Part shown: in pieces, positions 38,373-50,745 of the stretch | Layout of the letters: each line of letters opens with the position of its first letter | Position numbering within the stretch: position 1 is the stretch's first letter | Origin: Sminthopsis crassicaudata | Taxonomy: Eukaryota | Length of the DNA: 64,000 bases | Reading direction: 5' to 3' | Assembly (NCBI RefSeq): GCF_048593235.1 | Contig: NC_133622.1 | Location: 46,190,001 to 46,254,000, forward strand | The notes under the pieces: model-generated | Database searches by the model: none | Told to the model about the DNA's origin: nothing | What the model saw: only the letters and a program-made list of their open reading frames with translations | Translations under genes and position numbers: made by a program

Positions 38373-39074
38373 TTTTCCTATGGGAAAATCACATTCATCC
38401 TAATTTTGTTTTGATTTACAGTACTGTTTCTGGAAACCTAATCCTTTATAACTTTAAACACTGCTTATATAAATGAATGCAATCACATTGGTTGCAATAA
38501 TGAGGCTCTTGGTATACATTATTTCATAGAACAATATATTCATATATGGATATGATTTTTTTTTTGAGCTAGTAATTTTTTTCTGGTCTGTTAATTCAGA
38601 ATTTAATCTCATAGAATTAAAAACATTTTGTATGAATGAACATAATCTGATCACCAAGAATCATTTATGTTTAAAATAAATATCACTTTCATCTAAATAA
38701 AATAATCTTGTGACTTCATTTGATATATCATAGGTGTCGTCACTTTCTAACAATAAACTTACTGAAATATAATATGAGATATTACAATGTCAGTTTTTCA
38801 GACTGTTATATAATGAAATTCATTCCTATTCCTAATGATTCTGTTTTAATTTGATTTTTATTAGTCTGCTTCCATCCATTCTTGTCCTTTGCTTAGTTTT
38901 GAAAGTAATAGAAAATGTCATTTCAATGACTATAGGAATAGTAAAATCTTTTCAATTGGTGTGGTAATTTTGGCAAATCAACAACTTTTAAAAATTATTT
39001 TTAAAGGTGAATCTGTCTTTAAAAGAGATTACTTTCCCAAACCAGTGTAGTTGTATTTTGAATTAAATTTATAT

Positions 39075-39160
39075 AAAGGTATATATCTATATATATGTAT
39101 ATATATAGATAGATAGATAGATAGATATAGACATCTATATATATAGATATATATATAATG
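39075..39160. repeat. (TA)n/(GATA)n compound microsatellite
   Basis: Direct reading. Confidence 0.9.
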
Positions 39161-40404
39161 AATTACTTTTCAATTCTATTTTCATATATTTATTTTAGGG
39201 TTTTTTTGAAAATAAAATAATAAATTATCATAATGAATCATTGCTGTTATAGACTACTTCGACTGATGTATTTCTTATATTCTGTGAATGTGTACTGCTC
39301 AGGATGAATAGAGAAGGCTTCCACCTGCAAAAAAGATTTTCATGTTTTAACCAAATATAAATAGTACATACAGAGGATATACTATTATAACATTTACCCC
39401 ATTGCTGGTCACAGAGAGAGATTTTCAAAACATTCAATGTCAGACCTGCAGTCAACTTTCCATTTTTTCCACCAACAGATTATCCCCAGGGAGTCTGGAA
39501 AGCTCGAAAGTGATTCAACCACGCTGTTGATTTTCTTATGTTCTATGTTGACTTTTCTACCTGTAAGAACTAAGGTCTGTATCCCTGAAGGATCTAGAAA
39601 AGATATTTAGTGGGAACTGATATTGCTGCTCAATAAATAAAAGTGTCTCTCTTCAAACCTGAATTTAAAAATGAAGGGAAAAATGAAAATACCTAATTAT
39701 CTTTTAATTTTCTTCTTACCTATCTGCCCATGTAAAGTATATGTTAATATAGTTAAGTTAAAAAGGAAATTAGGGCCTCTTTAAGACTGGCCTTTAACTA
39801 AGTGAGTGATTGTATATGTGGAGAAAAGGGCATAAGTGAAGAAAAGATGAGGTACCCCTGCTCATGTCTTTACATTATACCTTCCATATTTTTAAAGAAG
39901 CTTTGAATGTCTAAGTCCAGAAGCAATGCAGATTATAACTCCCTAACAATAGCAAAAATAATGAATAGTTGCCTCTTCTAATTCGCCATATAAATTCACT
40001 ACAAAGTTATAAAGCTTCTCCATACAAAGTCTTGTGATAGGTGTTGAGGGAGATAAAAGAAATAGTGATGAATAAAATATGGTTTCTTTTATTAAAGAGC
40101 TTTCTAGTAGATATCTTTGTAGCATAAAATGTTAGATATTAGAAATCACTTCATCTTATTTTCCATTTCACAAATAATGAGCTAATTCCATAGAGGTCCC
40201 AGGTCTTTGAATTTGGAGTCTAGTCCATTGCTATTTACCATGCTGTGTTTTATATTCCATACTATCCCTAAGGTCAGAAGCTCAGGGATGTCTTCATCTA
40301 AGTTGGACTTTGTGTATGTTTGTTCATGAATACTGACAATAAAAAGCCTTGATTATTTTTGACTGAATATGAATATGAATATTGTAGAACAAAAAGAAGA
40401 AAAA

Positions 40405-40655
40405 GTTGTTGTAGCTATTATTCAGTTGTGTCTCTCTTTGTGACATCATGGACCATAGCATGTCAATAATGTCCACAAAATTTTCTTGCCAAAATACTTA
40501 GTGTGAATTGTCATTATCCTTCTCCATTAAGGAGAACAAAGATTAAGTAATTTTTGCCCAGGGTCACACAGAAGTAAGTGTCTGAGGCCAGATTTGAACT
40601 TATCACTTCTTGATTCCAGGTCCAGCTTTCTATCCATCAGGCTACTTAGATGCCT
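40405..40655 (-). mobile_element. MAR1-type SINE
   Basis: attcagttgtgtc...tttcttgccaaaatact...gcccagggtcacacag...gtgtctgaggccagatttgaac. Confidence 0.8.
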
Positions 40656-40879
40656 TATACTTTTGTAACTGATTAACCTCAAAAGCAAAGTTTTGGATCA
40701 CAGATCCAAAACCAGAAGACATCTGAGAGGCCATTTAGCCCAATTATTTTACAGTTGAAGAATCTAAGTTATTTCTCCACCTCCACTCCCAGGTGACACA
40801 AGTATGAAGTTTCCAAGGTAGCAACTCAATTTGGAATTGGCCTGTGGAAAATGAAATTTCTGCCATTGAACCAAATGGA

Positions 40880-41790
40880 TATAAATATTATCAACTTTGT
40901 CTTACCGTGTTTGGAATTATCAAGGAGGCCAACACAGTGTTGGATCTTGTTTGGATTGAGAACTAATTGGTAAATGATTATTTGTCACTAGAAAATGTAT
41001 CATAGTTACCTCTGGAATTATGCATGTGGTTCTGAATGCTGAAGATCAAAAAAAACATGAAGCTGGAGAAAACTCAGAAGAGAACAAATTAAATGATCAA
41101 ATAGATGGAGGAATCCAGAATAGGAAAATACATTTTTGAAGCTATAATGTATCTATTTACTGACATCCAGCTTTTTTTTAGTATATGACAAATTCATCGC
41201 GTTAGTCCCAAAGCTCTCCCAATCTGAACTTTGTTTTATACCCTTATGTGTATTTTAAAAAGATGTTTCATCATATCCTCTTCTTTTTGGATATCATAAT
41301 TAACAGCTTTCCTTCCTTTTTATCTCTTCTCAAAAAGACTCCAGTCTACAAGCCAACCAATCTCAAGGATTTTTCTTGTTACAAATGACCATACTCAAGC
41401 TGCTGTTGCATTTCTAAATCACTACCTCTCCAGCAAGAGGTCATCAGCAAGTGTCATTATTGGTCTTCTGGAGTTGTTGTTCATTGGTTTGATCAGAACT
41501 CAAGAAGAGATATTTAAAAATAGGATTCTCCAATGTGGAAAGTTAAAGTGGGTGGCAGCATATTTTAGAAATGTACTATAGGCTATAGATAGGCAGAACA
41601 TGAAATTATTCACCAAGTATTGGATCAGGGAATACTTTTTAAGTTTAAAATGGAATTATTTGACAGATAAAAGGATGTACTACTTTGCATAGCACAAAAT
41701 AAACTTATGCAACTTATAATGTGAGGAGGTGGTACTGGTTAAAAACGGAGAGGTTCAAGAAGATGACTTCACAGAAAATAATGGGTTATT
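40880..41790 (+). mobile_element. CR1/L3 LINE relic interrupted by an old L1 fragment at about 41230-41500
   Basis: gctggagaaaactcagaagagaacaaattaaatgatcaaa (CR1 LE-VQRRAT region); L1-like minus-strand 3' UTR in the middle. Confidence 0.55.
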
Positions 41791-41914
41791 TAAGAAAACC
41801 AAGGATGACCAAATTCATAATTAAAATGGAAGAAAATACCATGGAGAGGAAGACACAATGTGATTTTGTACTTCCACTGGAATTAGGTTTTGGCTGAATT
41901 TATCAGCGGTTTGT

Positions 41915-42150
41915 TTAGCATGAAGCAGATAGGTGGTACAGTGGAATTGGGAGAGTTCAAAACCAGCTTCAGACACTTACTGTGTAACCCTGGACAAACC
42001 ACTTAATTAATCAGTTAAATGTGATTTCCATTCCTTCAGCTTTAAAATGAGCTGGAGAAGGAAACAGCAAACCACCCCAATATCTTTTCCAAGAAAAGCC
42101 TAAAAGGGGGGCACAACGAGTTGGACATGGCTGAATAACAATAGCAAGAT
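41915..42150 (+). mobile_element. MAR1-type SINE
   Basis: tgagctggagaaggaaacagcaaaccaccccaatatcttttccaagaaaag...gagttggacatggctgaataac. Confidence 0.85.
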
Positions 42151-42489
42151 TTAGTGTAATAGTTCTTGAGTTTAGATGATCGAGTAAGATAAGATAAGAG
42201 TTCACAAAATTCTATAAGGGAATGGGAATCTTATGATTAGTGACTCAGTATAATTGATGTTATGCTAATATTTTAATACAGCTTGTGTGCTGTTCACTCT
42301 GACTTTGAGTAGCCCATATTTTTACAGTGCTTGTGTTTTACTTAGTGGTAATTATTGATTGTTCATCCTCAATTACTTTTTAGTTACTTTTCACATAAAA
42401 AAGAACAAATTCTTCAACTCATCACTAAGGATAATCCTTTGTTAATCAAAGGATTTCATATGCATCATTATCCAAAAATGAATTTGAAC

Positions 42490-42715
42490 ATATTAATAAT
42501 AGCTTAAATTTATATAGTGTTTTAATGTTTGCAAAGTATTTTTAATATATTCTCTTGTTTAATTCTCAAAAGAAATCTAGGAGGGAGATGTTGCATTATG
42601 TTTTTTATGGAAGAAGAAATTCACGCTCAGAATTGTTGTTATTTAGCCAGGTCATATACCTAGAAAGTATCTTTGATAGAATTTGAACTCAGATCTTCCT
42701 GACTCTAAGAAACTC
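42490..42715 (-). mobile_element. MIR SINE
   Basis: atagcttaaatttatatagtg...gaatttgaactcagatcttcctgactc. Confidence 0.7.
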
Positions 42716-44999
42716 CCTTTCCTGCAGAAAATTGTGGTACATAATAAAGCTTATACTCATTTTTTGGTATAAGAATTAATGTTAAATATCTCATACTGTG
42801 TTGAATAGCATTGATAATATTCAAAAATAAGATATTCTCCTTTTAGAGGAAGTATCGTTCATATTTTCAGCTTCATGTAAGACATTAAATGTACATAGCA
42901 TCTATATATGGTATTTCCTCCTGATGAACTATTGACCAAAGTATTTTTTAAAGCTTCCTTCTTGATTTTCTTCAAAGTTCTTGCACATTAAAAAAACTGA
43001 GATGCTAATGTACGTTCTTGGAAATATATATTATATTAAACAAATATTAAATTTATATTATAATAAATTAAATGCATCATTTGCATTGGTCAACTCATTT
43101 TAAGGGTAAATGATCTTGCTCCTCTGGGAGGGAGGAACTATATTGCTAAAGAATTGAATACATTAACAGCTGTGGGACATTTATTTGGAGTGTACTGCAG
43201 GAAAAAAATGTGGAATTCTGCAAAGTATTTATTAATCAGTGCAGTGAAATTTTTATGAACCGAACAACAAATGATAGAATAGCCACAGTTCCTTAAGCAT
43301 TCAGAGAGTTACTTGCTCAATTAAAAATTCTTGTTAAGTAGGACATAATGGATTCTTGTTGTTACTTTAGTATTTATTCAATAGAATGGATCAATACTTT
43401 TGGACCCAAGGGAGCTACACTGATAAGAGCAACTGTAGTAAGTCTCTCTGTTCTAAAGCTTTGGGCTGACAGGTGTACTGTTCTATGGCTAATTTTAATT
43501 AGGCTATCAAGGTGGGATCTCTTTTGTATTGCATGTGCTATTTAGATGCATTTTTAAAGGAAAAATGAGAACAATAGCTCTGATTTTGAGAAATTTAGCT
43601 ATTATGTATGAGCACTCTTTGCAGAGCCCATTTGTTTTAAGTTTGAATAGAATAAATCTTTTCACTATAGACTGCAGATTCATTGTGTTAGATAGGCAGG
43701 AGAATGATCATCCTTCATTATAATGTTTAGTGTTTTTTTTACAAAGTTTTGTTTCAATCCACGTTTGAATTTAATGAAGTGAATTTGTGATTTTTCTCAA
43801 ACTTGATATTAAATAATATTATGACAAAATTGGGTGGGAGGAGGAGGGCACTCTATCAGTATTTTTGAAATGTCATATAATCGATTGTTCATTTCATCAA
43901 GGAATAATATAACTTACAGAATAGACCATCAGATTCAAATATTTCTAAACTTGGATTGACTCCTCACTTTTTAAAAAACAAACCTTAGAAGTTGAGGGAA
44001 AATGCTTTTTCAGATTTTACTCAGACAAAAATTTATTGAGCTTAGTTAATATGATCATAGTGGAAAGAAAAATTTTCAAGTTGCCTTAAATAAACCATCC
44101 CTGAGCACAGATCTCCTGCACAATAACCCTGAGAAATAATTATCCACTCTTTGATTGAATATCTTCAATGATGAGGAATTATCTCCTGGAAAAGTATATT
44201 TTCAGAAGAACTATTTTATATCCTTTTTTCTCCCTAAAACCCAGACCTATGATTTTATTAGCAGAGGAAATACCCAGATAAGGAAACTCCCCTTTGTCAA
44301 AGCATATTAACAACTATTTTTCAACTACTGGAATACTGAGAAGTTAAAGTGACTTAAACTTATGCCTATAAAATAGACATATATATTCCACACATATGAC
44401 ACATATACATATATATCTATACATATATCTCAAACTTCTCTTTTAAATAACTTGTTTAAAAAAACATTTATTTTAATGTGTTCTGCATGTCTTTTTCTAA
44501 ACCTAATTCAATTCTATTCTCTATTCCCCATTTGACTCATCTTGTCTTTCAGTGGTGTTCAGTAACTCGTTTTCCCCCCAAGATTAACTGTGAAAGTGAC
44601 ACATCCTTCATACTGAAGGTCGCCTTTCTCCTCCACTTCTGAATAGAGTGAAGGGTGGACTTTGGAGAGCTCCTCCCACATCTTCCATTTAAGGAGGAAG
44701 CCTAGTGCAATCGTCCATCATTTCCCAAAAGCATCATCCTTACCACTGCTCTTGCCCCCCACCATTTTCAGCTTTCAGCTTCTTTTATGTACTTTCTCCT
44801 CTCTTAGTTTGTGAGCTGTTTGTGGATAAGGACTCTTTTAAGCTTTCTTTGTATCTTCAGATGGCAAGTAAAAGATGCTTCTATGTATATGAAAATGAAA
44901 ATTTTAGTACTTGCCCTCTCACTAGAAAAGTTGACATTTTCTGATGATAAATAAATAGTTTAGCAAAGCAGATTTTCACATTATCCGTATTTTTTTTTT

Positions 45000-45915
45000 A
45001 ATCACATTTTGATTCTTGTCTATCACCTTTCTCTAAGAAGGTGAGTAATGTCCTTTATTGTGTTTCTGGAATCTTGGTTGGTCATTGTAGTGATCAGAAC
45101 TTACGTATTTCAAAGTTTTCCCTTAACAGTGTTGTAGAATCATTTTACAATTTGTCCTGGTAGTTCTGCCCCATTCCTTTTGCCTGAGTCATAAAAACTT
45201 TGCCACATTTTTCTGAATCCATTTTTAAAAATTATTTCTTATGATGTGGTAAAATTGAACAGCTAAATGATATAGTTATTAGAGATTTAAAAAGATAGGA
45301 AAATGTGAGTTTAAATTCACTCTCTTGGGTAACTCTGGGCAAGTCAGTGTTAATCTCTATCTATCTTTGTTTTCCTATTAGTAAAATGGGGATGATAATA
45401 ATAGCAATCACCTCCCAGGGTTGTTATGAAAATCAAAGAAATAATAATTGTAAAGTCATCAGCAGAGTATTTGACACATTTTAAGTTCTACATAATTGTT
45501 ACTTATTATTGATAATTGATATTGATAATTCCTTCTTTCCTTCCTCTCTGTAACAAAAGTGCTACTATACATATTGTACATATGGATCTTTTTCCTGTGA
45601 TCTCTTCGAGGAACAGGAATGATATCTTTGGGTTTAAAAGTGTCAATTTTTAGTGACATTCTGGATCCAGTTTGAAATTGTTTTCCGGAATAGTTGGACC
45701 AATATACCAAAAGTCTTATTCTACCTGATCCTCTTCAAAAATTGGCAGTATTCTCTCTTTGTCACTTATACTAATTTAATGGGTATGAGGTGGAACCTAA
45801 CTGTTCTTTTAATTTGCATGTCTCTGATTATTGAAGATTTGCAGCCTTTTCCCCTATGGTTGCTGATATTTTGAGTTCCTTCTTTTGATACCTCACTATT
45901 CATACTCTTTGACCC
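45000..45915 (-). mobile_element. Old L1 3' region, with a plus-strand MIR inserted at about 45270-45470
   Basis: gggtatgaggtggaacctaactgttcttttaatttgcatgtctctgatt (antisense of the RYHLTP region). Confidence 0.7.
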
Positions 45916-45971
45916 TGAATGTACTTACTCCCTTCTCACCTTAAATCAGGTTAGCATTATTTCTAGTTCCA

Positions 45972-46077
45972 TTGCTGCTGCTGCTGCTGCTACTACTACT
46001 ACTATTACTACTATTACTGCTACTATTACTGCTACTGCTGCTACTAATACTATTATTATTACTGCTACCTACTGCTA
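45972..46077. repeat. Compound (CTG)n/(CTA)n/(TAT)n triplet repeat abutting a gap
   Basis: Direct reading; source of the poly-Leu ORF. Confidence 0.95.
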
Positions 46078-46235
46078 NNNNNNNNNNNNNNNNNNNNNNN
46101 NNNNNNNNNNNNNNNNNNNNNNNNNNNNNNNNNNNNNNNNNNNNNNNNNNNNNNNNNNNNNNNNNNNNNNNNNNNNNNNNNNNNNNNNNNNNNNNNNNNN
46201 NNNNNNNNNNNNNNNNNNNNNNNNNNNNNNNNNNN
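46078..46235. other. Assembly gap (158 N)
   Basis: Run of N. Confidence 1.
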
Positions 46236-46400
46236 CATAAGATCTAAGAGCTATTTTTTTCAACATAAAATACATTACTATTTTCTATACTTATACAATA
46301 CTATTTGTCACGTTGTTGTAAATCAATCTTTGGTATGTAAATAAATACCTCTGTCTCTGTATCTCTATGATTCAAATCTTTTTTAAAAATAGTTTTTATT

Positions 46401-49400
46401 AAAAGATAAGGAAGGAAACTATATCCTGCTGAAAGGTAGCATAAATAATGAAGCCATATCAATACTAAACATATATGCACCAAGTGGTATAGCATCTAAC
46501 TTTCTAAAGGAAAAGTTAAGAGAACTGCAAGAAGAAATAGACAGTAAAACTATAATAGTGGGAGATCTCAACCTTGCACTCTCAGATTTAGACAAATCAA
46601 ACCACAAAACAAACAAGAAAGAAATTAAAAAAGTAAATAGAACATTAGAAAAACTAGGTATGATAGACCTTTGGAGAAAACTGAATGGCAATAGGAAGGA
46701 ATATACTTTCTTCTCAGCAGTTCATGGATCCTATACAAAAATTGACCATATATTAGGACATAAAGATCTCAAAATTAAATGTAGGAAGGCAGAAATAATA
46801 AATGCCTTCTTCTCAGATCACAATGCAATAAAAGCTACATTCAGTAAAAAGTTAGGGGTAAATAGACCAAAAAGTAATTGGAAACTGAATAATCTCATCT
46901 TAAAGAATGACTGGGTGAAAGAGCAAATTATAGAAACAATTAACAATTTCACCCAAGATAATGATAATGATGAGACATCATATCAAAATCTTTGGGATGC
47001 AGCTAAAGCAGTAATAAGGGGAAATTTTATATCTTTAGAGGCTTATTTGAAGAAAATTGAGAAAGAGAAGATTAACGAATTGGGCTTACAACTTAAAAGG
47101 CTAGAAAAAGACCAAATTATAAACCCCCAACCAAAAATTAAACTCGAAATACAAAAATTAAAAGGAGAAATCAATAAAATTGAAAGTAAAAAAACTATTG
47201 AATTAATAAATAAAACCAAGAGTTGGTTTTATGAAAAAGCCAATAAAATAGATAAACCTTTGGTAAATTTGATCAAAAAAAAGAAAGAGGAAAATCAAAT
47301 TGATAGTCTTACAAATGAAAAGGGGGATCTTTCCACCAATGAAGAGGAAATTAGAGAAATAATAAGGAGTTACTTTGCCCAACTTTATGCCAATAAATTT
47401 GATAACTTAAGTGAAATGGATGACTTTCTCCAAAAATATAGGCTCCCTAGATTAACAGAGGAGGAGATAAATTGCTTAAATAGTCCCATTTCAGAAAAAG
47501 AAATAGAACAAGCTATTAATCAACTCCCCAGGAAAAAATCCCCAGGGCCAGATGGATTCACATGTGAATTCTACCAAACATTTAAAGAACAATTAGCCCC
47601 AATGTTATATAAATTATTTGAAAAAATAGGGGATGAAGGAGTCCTACCAAACTCCTTTTATGACACAGACATGGTACTGATACCTAAACCTGGTAGATCA
47701 AAAACTGAGAAAGAAAATTATAGACCAATCTCCTTAATGAATATTGATGCTAAAATCTTAAATAAGATATTAGCAAAAAGACTTCAGAAAATCATCTCCA
47801 AGATAATACACTATGATCAAGTAGGATTTATTCCAGGAATGCAGGGCTGGTTTAATATTAGGAAAACTATTAATATAATTGACCATATTAATAATCAAAT
47901 TAATAAGAACCATATGATCATCTCAATAGATGCAGAAAAAGCATTTGACAAAATCCAACATCCATTCCTACTAAAAACTCTTGAGAGTATAGGAATAAAT
48001 GGATTATTCCTTAGAATAATCAGGAGTATATATTTAAGACCGTCAGTAAGCATAATATGCAATAGAAATAAACTGCAACCTTTCCCAGTAAGATCAGGAG
48101 TGAAACAAGGTTGCCCACTATCACCATTACTATTCAATATAGTACTAGAAACGCTAGCCTCGGCAATAAGAGCCGAGAAAGAGATTCAAGGAATTAGAGT
48201 AGGAAATGAGGAAATCAAACTATCACTTTTTGCAGATGACATGATGGTATACTTAGAGAACCCCAAAGACTCTGCTAAAAAGCTACTAGAAATAATTCAA
48301 AATTTCAGCAAAGTGGCAGGATACAAAATAAATCCACATAAATCCTCGGCATTTTTATATATCACTAACAAAATGCAACAGCAAGAGATACAAAGAGAAA
48401 TTCCATTCCAAACAAATGTTGAGAGTATAAAATATTTGGGAATCCATCTACCAAAGAAAAGTCAGGAATTATATGAGAAAAATTACAAAACACTTGCCAC
48501 AAAAATAAAATCAGATTTAAATAATTGGAAAGACATTCAGTGCTCTTGGATAGGCCGAGCGAATATAATAAAGATGACAATACTCCCCAAACTAATCTAT
48601 TTATTTAGTGCTATACCAATCAGACTCCCAAGAAACTATTTTAATGACCTAGAAAAAATAACAACAAAATTCATATGGAAGAATAAAAGGTCGAGAATTG
48701 CAAGGGAACTAATGAAAAAAAACTCAGAGGAAGGTGGTCTAAGTGTACCTGATCTAAAGCTATATTATATAGCAGCAGTCACCAAAACCATTTGGTATTG
48801 GCTAAGAAATAGACCGGTAGATCAGTGGAACAGATTAGATACAAAGGACAAAAAAGGGTACATCTATAGCAATCTAATCTTTGACAAACCCAAAGATTCC
48901 AACATTAAGGATAAAAATTCATTATTCGGAAAAAACTGTTGGGAAAACTGGAAATTAGTATGGCAGAAATTAGATATGGATCCACACTTAACACCATATA
49001 CCAAGATAAGATCAAAATGGGTCCATGATTTAGGCATAAAGAGGGAGATAATAAATAGATTAGAGGAACAGAGGATAATCTACCTCTCAGACTTGTGGAG
49101 GAGGAAGGAATTTATGACCAGAGGAGAACTAGAGATCATTATTGATCACAAAATAGAAGATTTTGATTACATCAAACTAAAAAGTTTCTGTACAAATAAT
49201 ACTAATGCAAACAAGATTAGAAGGGAAGTAACAAATTGGGAAAATATTTTTAAAAACAAAGGTTCTGACAAAGGTCTCATTTCCAAAATATATAGAGAAC
49301 TGACCCTAATTTATAAGAAACCGAACCATTCTCCAATTGATAAATGGTCAAAGGATATGAACAGACAATTCTCAGAGGAAGAAATTGAAACTATATCCAC

Positions 49401-50333
49401 TCACATGAAAGAGTGTTCCAAATCACTACTGATCAGAGAAATGCAAATTAAGACCACTCTGAGATACCACTACACACCTGTCAGATTGGCTAAGATGACA
49501 GGAACAAATAATGACAAATGTTGGAGGGGATGTGGGGAAACTGGGACACTAATACATTGCTGGTGGAGTTGTGAAAGAATCCAGCCATTCTGGAGAGCAA
49601 TCTGGAATTATGCCCAAAAAGTTATCAAACTGTGCATACCCTTTGACCCAGCAGCGCTACTACTGGGATTATATCCCAAAGAAATACTAAAGAGCAGAAA
49701 GAGACATATATGTGCCAAAATGTTTGTGGCAGCTCTTTTTGTTGTAGCTAGAAACTGGAGGATGAATGGATGTCCATCAGTTGGAGAATGGTTGGGTAAA
49801 TTGTGGTATATGAAGGTTATGGAATATTATTGCTCGGTAAGAAATGACCAGCAGGAGGAATACAGAGAGGCCTGGAGAGACTTAAATCAACTGATGCTGA
49901 GTGAAATGAGCAGAACCAGAAGATCACTGTACACTTCAACAACAATACTGTATGAGGATGTATCCTGATGGAAGTGGAAATCTTCAACATAAAGAAGATC
50001 CAACTCACTTCCAGTTGATCAATGATGGACAGAGGTAGCTGCACCCAGAGAAGAAACACTGGGAGGGGAATGAAAATTGTTAGCACTACAATCTGTCTGC
50101 CCAGGTTGCATGTACCTTCGGATTCTAATGTTTATTGTGCAACAAGAAAATGCTATTCGCACACATGTATTGTACCTAGACTATATTGTAACACATGTAA
50201 GATGTATGGTATTGCCTGTCGTCGGGGGGAGGGAATAGAGGGAGGGGGGGTAAATTGGAAGGATGAATACAAGGGATAATATTATAAAATATATATATAT
50301 ATATAATAAAAAAAAAATAATCATAAAAAAAAA
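46401..50333 (+). mobile_element. Young L1 LINE, 5'-truncated within the ORF2 endonuclease domain
   Basis: Perfect 16-bp TSD aaaaatagtttttatt (46385-46400 and 50334-50349) at a TT/AAAA site; ORF2, 3' UTR with G-rich tract, AATAAA and poly(A). Confidence 0.98.
46402..49968 (+). CDS. L1 ORF2 (endonuclease / reverse transcriptase / CCHC), uninterrupted 1188 codons but lacking the start codon and N-terminal endonuclease residues
   Basis: Frame is open 52 codons upstream of the listed ORF ([13 protein letters not shown]...). Motifs [50 protein letters not shown] and [18 protein letters not shown] are present. Confidence 0.9.
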   Translation, partial: KDKEGNYILLKGSINNEAISILNIYAPSGIASNFLKEKLRELQEEIDSKTIIVGDLNLALSDLDKSNHKTNKKEIKKVNRTLEKLGMIDLWRKLNGNRKEYTFFSAVHGSYTKIDHILGHKDLKIKCRKAEIINAFFSDHNAIKATFSKKLGVNRPKSNWKLNNLILKNDWVKEQIIETINNFTQDNDNDETSYQNLWDAAKAVIRGNFISLEAYLKKIEKEKINELGLQLKRLEKDQIINPQPKIKLEIQKLKGEINKIESKKTIELINKTKSWFYEKANKIDKPLVNLIKKKKEENQIDSLTNEKGDLSTNEEEIREIIRSYFAQLYANKFDNLSEMDDFLQKYRLPRLTEEEINCLNSPISEKEIEQAINQLPRKKSPGPDGFTCEFYQTFKEQLAPMLYKLFEKIGDEGVLPNSFYDTDMVLIPKPGRSKTEKENYRPISLMNIDAKILNKILAKRLQKIISKIIHYDQVGFIPGMQGWFNIRKTINIIDHINNQINKNHMIISIDAEKAFDKIQHPFLLKTLESIGINGLFLRIIRSIYLRPSVSIICNRNKLQPFPVRSGVKQGCPLSPLLFNIVLETLASAIRAEKEIQGIRVGNEEIKLSLFADDMMVYLENPKDSAKKLLEIIQNFSKVAGYKINPHKSSAFLYITNKMQQQEIQREIPFQTNVESIKYLGIHLPKKSQELYEKNYKTLATKIKSDLNNWKDIQCSWIGRANIIKMTILPKLIYLFSAIPIRLPRNYFNDLEKITTKFIWKNKRSRIARELMKKNSEEGGLSVPDLKLYYIAAVTKTIWYWLRNRPVDQWNRLDTKDKKGYIYSNLIFDKPKDSNIKDKNSLFGKNCWENWKLVWQKLDMDPHLTPYTKIRSKWVHDLGIKREIINRLEEQRIIYLSDLWRRKEFMTRGELEIIIDHKIEDFDYIKLKSFCTNNTNANKIRREVTNWENIFKNKGSDKGLISKIYRELTLIYKKPNHSPIDKWSKDMNRQFSEEEIETISTHMKECSKSLLIREMQIKTTLRYHYTPVRLAKMTGTNNDKCWRGCGETGTLIHCWWSCERIQPFWRAIWNYAQKVIKLCIPFDPAALLLGLYPKEILKSRKRHICAKMFVAALFVVARNWRMNGCPSVGEWLGKLWYMKVMEYYCSVRNDQQEEYREAWRDLNQLMLSEMSRTRRSLYTSTTILYEDVS

Positions 50334-50349
50334 AAAAATAGTTTTTATT

Positions 50350-50745
50350 TACCAGATATATGCATGGGTAATTTTACAACACTGACAATTGCCAAACCTT
50401 TTGCTCCAATTTTTCCCTTCCTTTCCCCCCTCCCAGATGGCAGGTTGACCAATACATGTTAATTATGCTAAAGTATAAATTAAATACAATATATGTATAC
50501 ATGTGAAGGAAATCCAAAATGCAGGCGGACAAAAATAGGGGTATTGGGCATTCTATGTAGTGGTTCATAGTCCTCTCCCAGAGTTCTTTCGCTTGGTGTA
50601 GCTGGTTCAGTTCATCACTGCTCTATTGGAACTGATTTGGTTCATCTCATTGTTGAAGAGGCACGTCCATCAGAATTTATCATCATATAATATTGTTGTT
50701 GAAGTATATAATGATCTCCTGGTCCTGCTCATTTCACTCAGCATA
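50350..50745 (-). mobile_element. L1 3' end (host of the 46.4-kb L1 insertion; its tail lies at about 46379-46400)
   Basis: Near-identical to 31451-31892 apart from a 62-nt deletion. Confidence 0.92.

Noticed and set aside
39228-39600. Minus-strand open stretches (RKVNIEHKKINSVVESLSSFPDSLG; VEAFSIHPEQYTFTEYKKYIS)
   Set aside because: No good donor before the in-frame stops and no recognisable homology.
45972-46077. Poly-leucine signal-peptide-like ORF
   Set aside because: Triplet microsatellite running into a gap.
47895-48580. Antisense ORFs inside L1 ORF2
   Set aside because: Expected by-product of L1 codon bias; short, with no independent support.
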